Of a DNA stretch of 64,000 nt, positions 37,661 through 47,603 are shown in pieces (position 1 is the first letter of the stretch; every line of letters starts with the position of its first letter). The translations under genes were made by a program, and so were the position numbers. Source of the stretch: Armatimonadota bacterium (lineage in GTDB: Bacteria > Armatimonadota > Hebobacteria > CAIYQO01); contig JBBRXO010000001.1 of NCBI GenBank assembly GCA_038248345.1, positions 70,946 to 134,945 of the forward strand. Reading direction: 5' to 3'. The notes under the pieces were generated by a model. It saw only the letters and a program-made list of their open reading frames with translations, had not been told where the DNA came from and ran no database searches.

Positions 37661-40285
37661 TCAGGTAGTCACTACCACTATGGCATCTCGTAATGCAGCT
37701 GAAGCGAATTCCACGGTAACGCCGCGGGGTACTTCAATTTGTCCAGTCAAAGCAGTTACATCGCTGTCGATACACATACGGATCAAACCGTATGGCGTCG
37801 GCACGCTGACCTGGAGATGCTCGATGTCACCCAAATGTGGATCAACCTGCACAACACCCCACCCCGGCGTCAGCGGGGAAAGCCCGGCTATGCTCTTAAT
37901 GAGATAGATACTCGGCGATGTTCCCCATGGATGCCCGACACTGAACAACCAATCACCATTTACGGTGACCATTTCAGGGGTTGTCGTCAGCCCGGCATCC
38001 AGGTAATCCCCCCAGGTACTTCTGATATCAGCGAGTAGTTCGTCACGTCGTCCTAGACGATGCAGTACTTCATGCAAATGAACATGAAAGAATGGTCCGA
38101 GCATCTGCAGAACTCCGGGGGCCTGCCAGGTACGGTCAAGGAGCCCGTGCGGATCAGCTGTGAGATCAGCTTCTATCGCCAGCAGATTAACATGGACGCT
38201 CGCTTCCGGCGATAATTCACCATTGACGACACAATCCGCAAAGAGGCGGCGCTGTGCATCCCAATGAGCGTCACGAAGTTGCTGTGATAATTTATCTGCC
38301 TGTGCTGAAAAACGTTGCATCTCTGCATGTTGCCCATAGTGGTGCAATATCCGTACAGTGGATTGCAGTGCCAGCAGATAGAGGATATTGATGGCGGTTG
38401 GAATACCATCATGGCGAATACTACGCAACTTCCCATCTTCCACCCCCGGATGATCCACCCAGTTCCAGCCCGTTACCTGCCGAAGCCGCAGATCCTGCTC
38501 CTCTTCCCGACCGAACGCCCGCTGAAAACCATCCAGCAATTCCATAACCGCAGGCAGCAGCCCCGCGACGAACTCGGCGTGTCCGGTGTATTGGAGATGA
38601 TGCTCCAACAGTATCGGCCAGAGGATCGTCTGATCGAGCAGGCGGTATTCTTCCGGCGGTGTCCGGCATGGTTGATTCGGCTGAAAAATCCCATCGGCCA
38701 TCTGTCCCTGGGCATAGAGGGTGTGCTGCCATTCCACAATCTCATGGTTGCCAAAAAGATGGTAGCACGCCTGATTATGAACGTAATTATCACCGATATA
38801 CAGCAATTGCTCACGCCAGGGGCCATCCATGATAATATCTTGCGAACCATTCAGCATGGTGCGCCGGCATATCTCCCATATTCGATCCAGGCGCTCCGCT
38901 GAACTGGTGAATGCACCACTGCCGTCATAGTCATAATGACGGTAAATAGCTGCCACACGGCGTAGCCGCACGCGGCCACAACGCGCCCGCACGATAACCT
39001 TCAGCATCCGTGCGGATTTATATTGAAAAGAGGTCTCATAGCACTGCTCACCGGCGCGCAGAACCACCCGGTCTGTATAGACCGCCGGGAATACTAAACC
39101 GGGTATGGCGCTCAACCGTTCGCTGTATTGCAGTTCCAGTTGCGCACCGGCTGTCGCCTCGGCAATCTCGATCCGGGGGAGTATCGTCATGTTGGCTGGG
39201 AACTCAAAGATGATAGCGTACTCCTCATCTTCTACCAGCACATCGCACTCTCCGGCTGCGCCCAGATGAGTACGAGAATCAGGATTTAAGGTATCCACCG
39301 TCCCGCGGTATTCATCTTCCGGGACTACTATTGCTGGAAGCCAGGGAGTCGCTGCCGAAGCCCATTGGATAGTATCCCCACCCTCCGGGCACTGGCGCCA
39401 GCCGAAGTTCCACATTTCATCATCACCGAAGCCGGCAGCTAGTTGCCCGGTAATGGTATGTTCCCCCGCGGCAAGCTGCAATAACACCGGCTGCCAGAGC
39501 GGCAACCAATCAAATGGAGGATCAAACGGTAAGTCTTGCGCAACCCCGTCAACCGCCAGCAGTGCCCCCACTTTGTAGGTAAAGTAGAAGACGAACTCGC
39601 CCGGTATTGTGACAGTGAAGTCGATGCACCATCGGTCGCTGCCGTGAGGGCGATTAACAACACGCCTGGTGAAGGCTTCACAGAATGCTCCCGCCTCGAC
39701 TACCCGCTGCGGGTAAACCACTTCTTCGCATAGATGTCGCAATGGTGACGGCAGAAAGGGGCAGGTGTCGCTCACTCGGGATGGCACTAGCCAATATTGA
39801 TCATCGAAGTCAGGTGTGCGCCAGCCGAGTAACTCCTCGCGTAAATCCCGGTTTTCCCGGTGTCCGATCAAATCGTTTAATCGACGTGCCGGTTGATACT
39901 CTACCGCCGGAGCTATACGCCACTGCCCGGCTTCTTCCAGCGAAATTCCTGCGATATCGCCCGCACATGCAAGCATCATTGCCGTTATAGGAGGCACACC
40001 CGGTATCGGAATCTCCGGCGGTCCCCACGCATGCACAAGTACCGCAATGACATTTTTGCCCGGTTGGAGGTGAGGGGTGAGGTCGAATGTTTCGTAACGC
40101 CACTCGTCATCATGATGGCGCACATAAGTGCGTCCCAGCCACACTCCATTAACCCACACCATAGCGAACTGACGTGCATCAATACAGAACGTGCCCGTAC
40201 CCGCCGTGTCGACGGTGGTCGTATAACGCGCGTAGACGTATCGGTTTTCTTGCCCGATAGCCGATGATATATCTAATACTTCCAT
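37661..40285 (-). CDS. alpha-L-rhamnosidase-like protein (GH78)
   Basis: LTPHLQPGKNVIAV, LDRIW, MDGPWREQLLYIGD, WNWVDH, GLTTTPE, SVGHPWG, VPTPYG. Confidence 0.85.
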   Translation of the reverse strand: MEVLDISSAIGQENRYVYARYTTTVDTAGTGTFCIDARQFAMVWVNGVWLGRTYVRHHDDEWRYETFDLTPHLQPGKNVIAVLVHAWGPPEIPIPGVPPITAMMLACAGDIAGISLEEAGQWRIAPAVEYQPARRLNDLIGHRENRDLREELLGWRTPDFDDQYWLVPSRVSDTCPFLPSPLRHLCEEVVYPQRVVEAGAFCEAFTRRVVNRPHGSDRWCIDFTVTIPGEFVFYFTYKVGALLAVDGVAQDLPFDPPFDWLPLWQPVLLQLAAGEHTITGQLAAGFGDDEMWNFGWRQCPEGGDTIQWASAATPWLPAIVVPEDEYRGTVDTLNPDSRTHLGAAGECDVLVEDEEYAIIFEFPANMTILPRIEIAEATAGAQLELQYSERLSAIPGLVFPAVYTDRVVLRAGEQCYETSFQYKSARMLKVIVRARCGRVRLRRVAAIYRHYDYDGSGAFTSSAERLDRIWEICRRTMLNGSQDIIMDGPWREQLLYIGDNYVHNQACYHLFGNHEIVEWQHTLYAQGQMADGIFQPNQPCRTPPEEYRLLDQTILWPILLEHHLQYTGHAEFVAGLLPAVMELLDGFQRAFGREEEQDLRLRQVTGWNWVDHPGVEDGKLRSIRHDGIPTAINILYLLALQSTVRILHHYGQHAEMQRFSAQADKLSQQLRDAHWDAQRRLFADCVVNGELSPEASVHVNLLAIEADLTADPHGLLDRTWQAPGVLQMLGPFFHVHLHEVLHRLGRRDELLADIRSTWGDYLDAGLTTTPEMVTVNGDWLFSVGHPWGTSPSIYLIKSIAGLSPLTPGWGVVQVDPHLGDIEHLQVSVPTPYGLIRMCIDSDVTALTGQIEVPRGVTVEFASAALRDAIVVVTT

Positions 40286-40328
40286 AGAAACTCCAATTTG
40301 GCTACAATATCTTCTTTAATGAGTCCGT

Positions 40329-42245
40329 TTATTTTTCGATCATCCGATAAATACCGGGTGACATCTCACAGAATGATCCGTCCGCTGTCGCATGGACGGT
40401 TGTTTGATCGGTCTCCTCTATCAGCGTCGTCACCTGATCCCATGGCTTGGGAAGACGGAATGATGGGAAGTGCGCTGAACCTTCTGGCGCTGGGACGACT
40501 AATAATCGTTGTGATGCCAGAATGGACAGATCGCCGGGAAGATGGGTGAAGGTGCGCGGGCCACCGTGTTCACGTAGTAGCTTCGCCATGTAGCGATTTT
40601 TTGCCGCTGCTCCTGGTCCATCGGCGAGCATAGCTACGAGACCAGCAGCCGCTGAGAAACGCGGCCCTTGATCCAGGATTATCTGTTTATCGGAGTATTG
40701 ATTCAGCTGCAAAAAGAAATCGCGCGGCCCCCAACCATCGATGCCACGTACTGGGTTTATATTGATGGTCGCGAGGTCGACTGGCCCGTCAAAGGTCGTG
40801 CCCTCACCGAAGATAATTCCTTCCGGGTCACATTCCTTCACACAGGCATGAATCTCTTCCAAAAATTTAATCGTCATACGATTGGTGTCGCCGGGATAGC
40901 GCATGAATGAGCGTGGAGTAAAGTCGGGAGGGAACGCCCAACCCAGGCAATCGAAGAAGAAGCCTTTTACACCACATTCCAGCATGTAAAACCGAATCCA
41001 CTTTTTAGTGTACTCAATATAGCCCGGATGCCCGGGATTGATATGCGACATTCCACCATCTATGCTGCCCCAGGAGGCGCAGGCGCGTCCGTCGATACCA
41101 CGGATAAACCAATCATCTTCGATATCCTCACCGCCTTGCGGTAACAGGCCACTGTGCGACATCCAAATGAGCATCGGCACACCCTTATCGGTAATTCGGC
41201 GGCACATGCGCGCAAATTCTTCCTTAGTGCCATGATTCGGGTCAGGCTCATATCCTAACGGCGTCGTTCCACTGAAGACAGGACGGTTAGTGACTAATGA
41301 ATAGCCAATGCCGGTAAATTCTTCGGTGGCGAGTCGATCTTCCCAATAATCGGCATGTTCCTTCCAAGTTGGCTTATTATTCCAGGATAATCCCTCACCC
41401 CATAGCGTTTTGGACACCCAGGCTGGCGGTTCACAAATATAATGCGTTACATAGTCAGCCATGAATGTCATCATCTCATCATGCGTCTGACCATAATAAA
41501 TTTTGACCTCCGGCATCTGCAGGGAATCGCCAATATTAAATGGAGCATGCAGGGTGAAATCATAACCGACCCCGCGTCCAGCGTCAGTGATATTCAAAAT
41601 GTATCCGACATGGGGGCGTCGGCAAGTAATAGCAATCCAATTGGAAGTTTTTACATCATAAAAGACGCCACCATGAATTCCCATAACGCCGGGGTAAATA
41701 CGACGCCATACATTCTGGAGGTATTTTTTGCAGTTCTCGGGGGTGTCATGCTCGTAGCCGACGTGGCCAAATTCATCAATCGGACCGGTGGAATGAGCAG
41801 AGGGGAAGATCATCCGCGTATCTTCTCCCCAGAAGTTCCAGGGTAAATTCAACAGGGAAAAAGTGTCCACATACAGCGGCGCTTCAATCACGGGGCCGCC
41901 GGGGCCCGGACATGGTAAGTCATCCATATCTGCCAGCTCACGCCGGATTAGATAGTGGATACCGACGCAAGGATGTTTCTGGTACTCCCGCGGCCCCATA
42001 GAACGCACAACCACCAGACCCGCCCCGGAGAAATGATCGACAAATTTCTCCCCTTTGACGCGAGTTGTGCCATATGCACTCCCGGTAGGAGCTTGCTGCA
42101 GGCGGGTGCGCAACGGGAGTCCGTTGATCATGAGTTCTGCGACATCCTCGGTATCCTGCTGTAACAATTCCACATCGTACAGTTTGATCGAGGAGATAGC
42201 GCCGGTGTGCTCATTATTAGTCATCTGAAGAGGGTTCTGTGTCAT
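40329..42245 (-). CDS. hypothetical protein, possible glycoside hydrolase with a TIM-barrel core
   Basis: GGAG RBS; PNHGTKEEF, INPGHPGY, GVKGFFFD resemble clan GH-D/GH13-like barrel motifs. Confidence 0.65.
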   Translation of the reverse strand: MTQNPLQMTNNEHTGAISSIKLYDVELLQQDTEDVAELMINGLPLRTRLQQAPTGSAYGTTRVKGEKFVDHFSGAGLVVVRSMGPREYQKHPCVGIHYLIRRELADMDDLPCPGPGGPVIEAPLYVDTFSLLNLPWNFWGEDTRMIFPSAHSTGPIDEFGHVGYEHDTPENCKKYLQNVWRRIYPGVMGIHGGVFYDVKTSNWIAITCRRPHVGYILNITDAGRGVGYDFTLHAPFNIGDSLQMPEVKIYYGQTHDEMMTFMADYVTHYICEPPAWVSKTLWGEGLSWNNKPTWKEHADYWEDRLATEEFTGIGYSLVTNRPVFSGTTPLGYEPDPNHGTKEEFARMCRRITDKGVPMLIWMSHSGLLPQGGEDIEDDWFIRGIDGRACASWGSIDGGMSHINPGHPGYIEYTKKWIRFYMLECGVKGFFFDCLGWAFPPDFTPRSFMRYPGDTNRMTIKFLEEIHACVKECDPEGIIFGEGTTFDGPVDLATININPVRGIDGWGPRDFFLQLNQYSDKQIILDQGPRFSAAAGLVAMLADGPGAAAKNRYMAKLLREHGGPRTFTHLPGDLSILASQRLLVVPAPEGSAHFPSFRLPKPWDQVTTLIEETDQTTVHATADGSFCEMSPGIYRMIEK

Positions 42246-42467
42246 ATTTTATGCTCCTATCCATGTCTATTAGACTCCTGATAAATTAAAATTTAAAGGA
42301 TGTCGTTAGATCATGTTCGCCCTGCTGAATCTACCATCATTATGATTTTTAAGCACTAACCATAATGGCAGCTAAACTAGGGTTATTGTCTGGTAATTCA
42401 CCTTGCTTGTCAAGGGAAATATGGCAAAAATCATACAAACAATGCGCTGTGGACTTACGCCTCCTAT

Positions 42468-42496
42468 TTGAATTGTACTTGAAAATCGAGTACAAT
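42468..42496 (+). promoter_or_regulatory. sigma70 promoter TTGAAT-N17-TACAAT overlapped by the palindrome ATTGTACT-N9-AGTACAAT
   Basis: Read directly upstream of the SGNH gene. Confidence 0.6.
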
Positions 42497-42533
42497 AACC
42501 AAAGCGTACAAAGCGCAAAAAATAGGAGTAACA

Positions 42534-43799
42534 ATGAGGAAAATTATTATGCTCGCACTAGCATGCCTCTCAGTCACCGCGTCCTTTTCAGCAACCACCA
42601 GTTTCGCTGATTTCGATCGTCGGGCACGTGAAGGTGAACGCTTGAACGTGGTCTTTTTTGGAGCCTCACTTACCTGGGGCGCAAATGCCACCGATCAAGC
42701 TACTACCACTTATCGCGCGCAGGTTGGCGATATGTTTGAAAAAGCGTATCCCAAAGCACACTTCAAATTCTATGACGCGGCGATCGGGGGAACTGGTTCC
42801 CAACTGGGCGTTTTCCGCCTGAATAGAGATGTCCTGCAGAAAAAACCTGATCTAGTTTTCTTGGATTTCAGCGCCAACGACGATATCTACTCTGATGATT
42901 TGCAAAGAATGGCTTCATACGAATCACTGATACGTCGCATAATCCTCGAAGCCAAAGCGCCAGTCGTTCAGATGATTTTCCCCTTTGAATGGAATATCAA
43001 ATCCGCAAAACTGGAAGATATGAAACGACGGACGGCACACATTGCATTGTCCAATGAATATCATACTGCGATGGGTGATGCTATTGAAGATCTACAGGGA
43101 ATAGTAGCCAGAAAAGAAACAACCATCGAGAAGATCTGGCCATATGACGGAGTTCACCCTGGCGATTATGGCTATACTTTATTTGCCCAAACCGCGTGGA
43201 AGGCTTACCAGAAAGCAGTAAAGGATAATCTTACCTCCATTGCACCAGAAAAAATGCACTTTGCTGATACCTATATGCAGTGGAACCGTGCGAAGATTTC
43301 CAGCATATATGCCGCAGATAAACTGCCACGGGGATGGGCCGTCGGGCATCCGAGTCTGACTGCAGCATGGTATGATGGCTTGATGTCGCGCTGGTTAGAT
43401 GATGAGACTATCGCAACAGGCGTAAATAACAAGGTAAATGCTGATGGTACCACGGTACCTGGCTTTATCGGCCCTGAGCGCTTGAAGGTGCTCATTCAAG
43501 GCAGTGTTCTCATGCTCTTTGGGGAAAAGACCATGGCGTCGGGTAATTACCGTGTATATATCGATGGCATACTCATGCCTGTTCCCGGACAGAGAGAACT
43601 GCGTACCGAGTTCTCCGCATCTTCACAGGTATTTGGCGGGAATGTACAATTAATCGACATGATCACCGATTCCCTTGATCCTACTGTGGAGCACGTATTG
43701 GAGATAGAACCTATGCTCACCCAGAAAAACAAGGAACTTCGTATCGAAAGCATCTGCGTGGCTGGTGGCCCAGCAACCGTAAAACCCTTCCAGTATTAA
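42534..43799 (+). CDS. secreted SGNH/GDSL hydrolase
   Basis: Signal peptide; FFGASLTWG, AAIGGTGS, DFSAND, DGVHP. Confidence 0.88.
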   Translation: MRKIIMLALACLSVTASFSATTSFADFDRRAREGERLNVVFFGASLTWGANATDQATTTYRAQVGDMFEKAYPKAHFKFYDAAIGGTGSQLGVFRLNRDVLQKKPDLVFLDFSANDDIYSDDLQRMASYESLIRRIILEAKAPVVQMIFPFEWNIKSAKLEDMKRRTAHIALSNEYHTAMGDAIEDLQGIVARKETTIEKIWPYDGVHPGDYGYTLFAQTAWKAYQKAVKDNLTSIAPEKMHFADTYMQWNRAKISSIYAADKLPRGWAVGHPSLTAAWYDGLMSRWLDDETIATGVNNKVNADGTTVPGFIGPERLKVLIQGSVLMLFGEKTMASGNYRVYIDGILMPVPGQRELRTEFSASSQVFGGNVQLIDMITDSLDPTVEHVLEIEPMLTQKNKELRIESICVAGGPATVKPFQY

Positions 43800-43822
43800 C
43801 CACACACAATACTGGAAACAAT

Positions 43823-43866
43823 ACAGCCTTTCTTCTGGCAATCTGCGAGTAGAAAGGCTGTTTTTG
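43823..43866 (+). terminator. rho-independent terminator
   Basis: ACAGCCTTTCT...AGAAAGGCTGT followed by a T-run. Confidence 0.75.
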
Positions 43867-43897
43867 TTACGGTAATCCTAACGATAATTCACTACTG

Positions 43898-44509
43898 CTA
43901 GTCGTGAATTGCCGGCGGTAACCACCCGAGCTCACGTAACTTGGAAAATATCTCACGTGCATAAACGAGTTCTCCACCGGGAGACAAGTGGACGCCATCT
44001 TCGGAGTTTCCTAACGTCTCTAACGATTGTTTGGCTAGCGCTGCTCGCATGGGCGGCATCATATCGAGTACCGGCATGCTGAATTCATTTGCCGTCGCGG
44101 CGATGATGTCGTTATTATCTATCACATGTTTCCATGCCGTTTGCGGATGTTGCGGATTCGGCAACAGGTGGTACTGCAGCAGCAAGACACGGCTTCCCTG
44201 CTGTTTGAGCGCGGTAAGGATTTGTCGTAGATTCTGCCTTGTATCATCGCTAGACAACGGGACACTGATCCCGCGATCATTGCCTCCTATCAGCAAAACG
44301 ACAACATCCGGCTTTTCAGCCAGTACATCATCTGCCAGGCGCACCAGCACGTCACCACTGGTATTGCCCCCCACGCCCCTGTTTAGCACGGTTGCCTGTC
44401 CTGGTCCACTGTATGCCTCCAGCATACAGTCAATAACATCGGAGAATTTCATATACTTGGTCAGATCCTTCCACCCAGTAATACTATCCCCCAGAAATAA
44501 GATTTTCAT
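43898..44509 (-). CDS. SGNH/GDSL hydrolase (cytoplasmic)
   Basis: FLGDSIT, NRGVGG, GGND, DGVH. Confidence 0.9.
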   Translation of the reverse strand: MKILFLGDSITGWKDLTKYMKFSDVIDCMLEAYSGPGQATVLNRGVGGNTSGDVLVRLADDVLAEKPDVVVLLIGGNDRGISVPLSSDDTRQNLRQILTALKQQGSRVLLLQYHLLPNPQHPQTAWKHVIDNNDIIAATANEFSMPVLDMMPPMRAALAKQSLETLGNSEDGVHLSPGGELVYAREIFSKLRELGWLPPAIHD

Positions 44510-44527
44510 ATCCCCGCCTTTCGTTGT

Positions 44528-44719
44528 TTAATCTAGAAATGCTGCGGAGAAATTCGCCAGACAATAGGAATCCCAGAAGGTCTCTGTCTGTGTCACTGTC
44601 ACATCCACACCTTTGATAAATTTGAACTGCACGGCCCCACAATTGGCCGCAGGATCATCTACAGTATAGCGCATCGCTGCACAGTTACCAAATCGTGTGG
44701 TTCGTACAAGCGTCAGCAT
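44528..44719 (-). CDS. small hypothetical ORF (63 aa) or gene remnant
   Basis: GGGAG RBS before the ATG; fills the gap between co-oriented genes. Confidence 0.4.
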   Translation of the reverse strand: MLTLVRTTRFGNCAAMRYTVDDPAANCGAVQFKFIKGVDVTVTQTETFWDSYCLANFSAAFLD

Positions 44720-44745
44720 ATGCACTCCCAACTCACCAAAACGCA

Positions 44746-46431
44746 CTAGCGCAATTTAGGATGCTCTATCTCTTCTGGGGTTGATATGAAAAAGCAATAC
44801 TCTCGTGTCCAACTCTGGCTCTGTCCGGGCGGCAAAGAGATAGCAATAAAGACCTCAGGGCTTAAAATCCTCGACGTACAGAACAACGCAAAACGCGACC
44901 AGGCAAAACTGGTATGTTCCTGTACTGATACACCTGTAGGCACATGCGTTATCTGCCACCAGCGCGCTGTATCGACGACATCAAAAGAGCCGGAACCTAG
45001 ATAATCGGCATTTTTGGGCTGTGTCAGCCAAGTAAGCTGATTGCTCCCAAGCCGTTTCCAGGAGGCAGGGACTCTAGCGGGAGTTGTAAACGGCAAGGTT
45101 AGTCGCATATCCGGCCCGGTTCCAGCGCCGTTTATCGAGAGAATGTTATGACAATATTCATCTACCTCTAGCAGACGATCCCCGGTGTTTTCCATGGTGT
45201 AATTTATCGTTAAGCGATCATCAGCCACCTGTATCGTCTTACGCAGCTGGAAAGCGATGCCGTTGCAGGGCATCGGGTCTATGACAAAGTCAATTTTGTC
45301 ATTAGCTACGACTGTCTGTATATGGAATGGATCGACCTGATAAGGCTGGTAAAATTTATATCTCAATGCGTCTATCCGAGTGAGTAATCCCACTCCAGGT
45401 TTTACGAATTGGGCACCGGGTTTCGCTTCATTATAACCTACTGCCGTTTCGATACCGAATTCATTACATATCCCACTTCCGCCTTCTTCTGCAGGGTCTT
45501 CATTTTCCGACACACAGAAGCTATGTTGGCCATCAAGCACGACTTGGGTGATAAATCCCGTCCAATCAAAGCGAGGTCCCCGGTAAACACTACCCGGTTC
45601 GGCAATAGTAACAGCAAGACGATTTGTACGAAGAGTCCATTCCACAGGGCGCCCGACTCGTGTTCCAATATTGATGCTCGTGAAAGTCGCCTTTGCCCAT
45701 TGTTCCGGATATAACTTCGCCTCGGTAGGTAAGTCCATGACACACGTTGGCCCAGAGCCAGTGCTACACCACCAGTAACTGGCGATATTGGTGGTACCTG
45801 CAGGATTAGCAAAGATCACTTGCGCATCGCAAGGGAAGGATGCATTTTCAGTTGGACTCACTCCCAGCGCTGTCCAGGGTACGGCCACCTCGGCAATATA
45901 GCCACCGGTTACTGGGCGAATCACGGCACGTGCATCAGTGATGGCGGCGACTTCATCCATTGGAGAGGCACCCGCTGGTGAACGATAAGTGTATGGTTTC
46001 TTCACTACAGATTGTGGACGGATAAGGACTACGGTTGCTTTCCCGTTCACCTGCGCGATTACCAGTCGCTGGTTAACCCCGGCACCATTGATAGGCCCCA
46101 AACACAGGCCGATGGCGTCGCCACCCTTCATCAACTCCTGAAATACCGTCGTATTATTCGCTCCCTGCGTGGGACTTTGCACTTCATAGAGCAGATACAA
46201 ACTGGTAGCGTCATAACCCAGGCGTACTGTAGCACATGGGCCTGACTTACCAGTTATACTATGACCAGTGGTATTCCCCGCCCAGTCTTCAGCTTGACCA
46301 TTAATAGTTGGAGGGGTGGCCATCTTTATGATCCGTAACGAGGAATCCCATGACCATCCCGCCAAACATGCCCACAGCAGGCATAATACCATCAGTGTTC
46401 CACGCCAGGCTGCTTGCAGATACGTTTTCAT
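44746..46431 (-). CDS. secreted protein: CBM9-like sugar-binding domain + duplicated hypothetical domain
   Basis: Signal peptide; PTINGQAEDW, YDATSLY, GYIAEVAVPWTALG; the C-terminal ~298 aa are paralogous to the next gene. Confidence 0.78.
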   Translation of the reverse strand: MKTYLQAAWRGTLMVLCLLWACLAGWSWDSSLRIIKMATPPTINGQAEDWAGNTTGHSITGKSGPCATVRLGYDATSLYLLYEVQSPTQGANNTTVFQELMKGGDAIGLCLGPINGAGVNQRLVIAQVNGKATVVLIRPQSVVKKPYTYRSPAGASPMDEVAAITDARAVIRPVTGGYIAEVAVPWTALGVSPTENASFPCDAQVIFANPAGTTNIASYWWCSTGSGPTCVMDLPTEAKLYPEQWAKATFTSINIGTRVGRPVEWTLRTNRLAVTIAEPGSVYRGPRFDWTGFITQVVLDGQHSFCVSENEDPAEEGGSGICNEFGIETAVGYNEAKPGAQFVKPGVGLLTRIDALRYKFYQPYQVDPFHIQTVVANDKIDFVIDPMPCNGIAFQLRKTIQVADDRLTINYTMENTGDRLLEVDEYCHNILSINGAGTGPDMRLTLPFTTPARVPASWKRLGSNQLTWLTQPKNADYLGSGSFDVVDTARWWQITHVPTGVSVQEHTSFAWSRFALFCTSRILSPEVFIAISLPPGQSQSWTREYCFFISTPEEIEHPKLR

Positions 46432-47524
46432 AATCTCTCCTTCGTGCCTAAATACCTTCACACGGAATTTAGATAAAAACCTGATAAATTATCGGCAACA
46501 ATGCGCATAATCTACTGGTTCTATTGTATTTATAGCTCAATGAAGATACGCGCCGCTTATAGCCTGCGGTTTCATATCTTTTCTTTGGCTCACGCCACGG
46601 CGTATTCTGAAGTATCAATATAGCTATCTCGCAATTTAGGATACTCTATCTCTTCTGGGGCTGACATGAAAAAACAATACTCTCGCGTCCAACTCTGGCT
46701 CTGCCCGGGCGGCAAAGATATCACAATAAAGGCCTCGGGGCTTAAAATCCTCGGTGTACAGAACAACGCAAAGCGTGACCAGGCAAAACTGGTCTGTTCC
46801 TGTACTGATACTCCTGTTGGCACATGCGTTACCTGCCACCAGCGCGCCGTGTCGTCGAGGTCAAAAGACTTGGAATCCAGATACTCGGCCTTTTCCGGCC
46901 GTGTCAGCCATGTGAGCTGATTGGTTCCAATTCGTCCTAAAGAGACAGGGACTGTAGCGGGGGTAGAAAACGGCAATGTTAGGCGCATCTCCGGCCCAGT
47001 GCCTGTGCCGTTTATCGAAAGAAAATTGTGGCTATATTCATCTATCTCTATCAAACGCTCGCCGGTGTTTTCTATGGTGTGTTGAATCGTTAAGCGATCA
47101 TCAGCTACCTGTATCGTCTTGCGCTGCCGGAAAGCGATACCGTTGCAGAGTATGGGATCAATGACAAATTCAACTGTGTCATCAGTCACGGCAGTCTGTA
47201 TATCGAAAGGATCAATCTGATAAGGCCGGAAAAAATTGTATTTCGATGCATCTGGCCGAGTGAGCAATCCAACTCCGGGTTTCACGAATTGGGCGCCGGG
47301 TTCCGTTTCATTATAACCTACCGCCGTTTCGATACCGAATTCATTACATAGCCCGTTTCCGCCTTCTTCTACATGGTCTTCATTCTCCGACACACAGAAG
47401 CTATGTCGGTCGTCAAGCACGACTTGCGTGACAAATCCCGTCCAGTCAAAACGAGATCCCCGGTATACACTACCAGGTGTGGCAACGGTAACAGCAAGGC
47501 GATTGGTACGAAGAGTCCATTCCA
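44750..47524. repeat. 895-bp colinear direct duplication (44750-45644 and 46630-47524)
   Basis: Constant 1880-bp offset at both ends; many third-position differences. Confidence 0.95.
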
Positions 47525-47525
47525 T
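46590..47525 (-). CDS. hypothetical protein (YRGSRFDW domain; possibly a mutarotase-like beta-supersandwich)
   Basis: AGGAG RBS before ATG-GAA-TGG; paralog of the 44746 gene's C-terminus. Confidence 0.8.
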   Translation of the reverse strand: MEWTLRTNRLAVTVATPGSVYRGSRFDWTGFVTQVVLDDRHSFCVSENEDHVEEGGNGLCNEFGIETAVGYNETEPGAQFVKPGVGLLTRPDASKYNFFRPYQIDPFDIQTAVTDDTVEFVIDPILCNGIAFRQRKTIQVADDRLTIQHTIENTGERLIEIDEYSHNFLSINGTGTGPEMRLTLPFSTPATVPVSLGRIGTNQLTWLTRPEKAEYLDSKSFDLDDTARWWQVTHVPTGVSVQEQTSFAWSRFALFCTPRILSPEAFIVISLPPGQSQSWTREYCFFMSAPEEIEYPKLRDSYIDTSEYAVA

Positions 47526-47603
47526 AACATTTTCTCCTATTCTTCGGTTTGTTTTTAGCACGTCGAGCATCGCTCGTCAATAGCCAGGGCATTAAGAGCA
47601 GTT

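Noticed and set aside
46500..46527. dif-like site (AATGCGCATAA resembles the XerC arm)
   Set aside because: The XerD arm TTATGTTAAAT is absent
44750..47524. Diversity-generating retroelement template/variable repeat pair
   Set aside because: Differences are not adenine-specific, the repeat is far longer than a typical TR/VR, and there is no reverse transcriptase in the window
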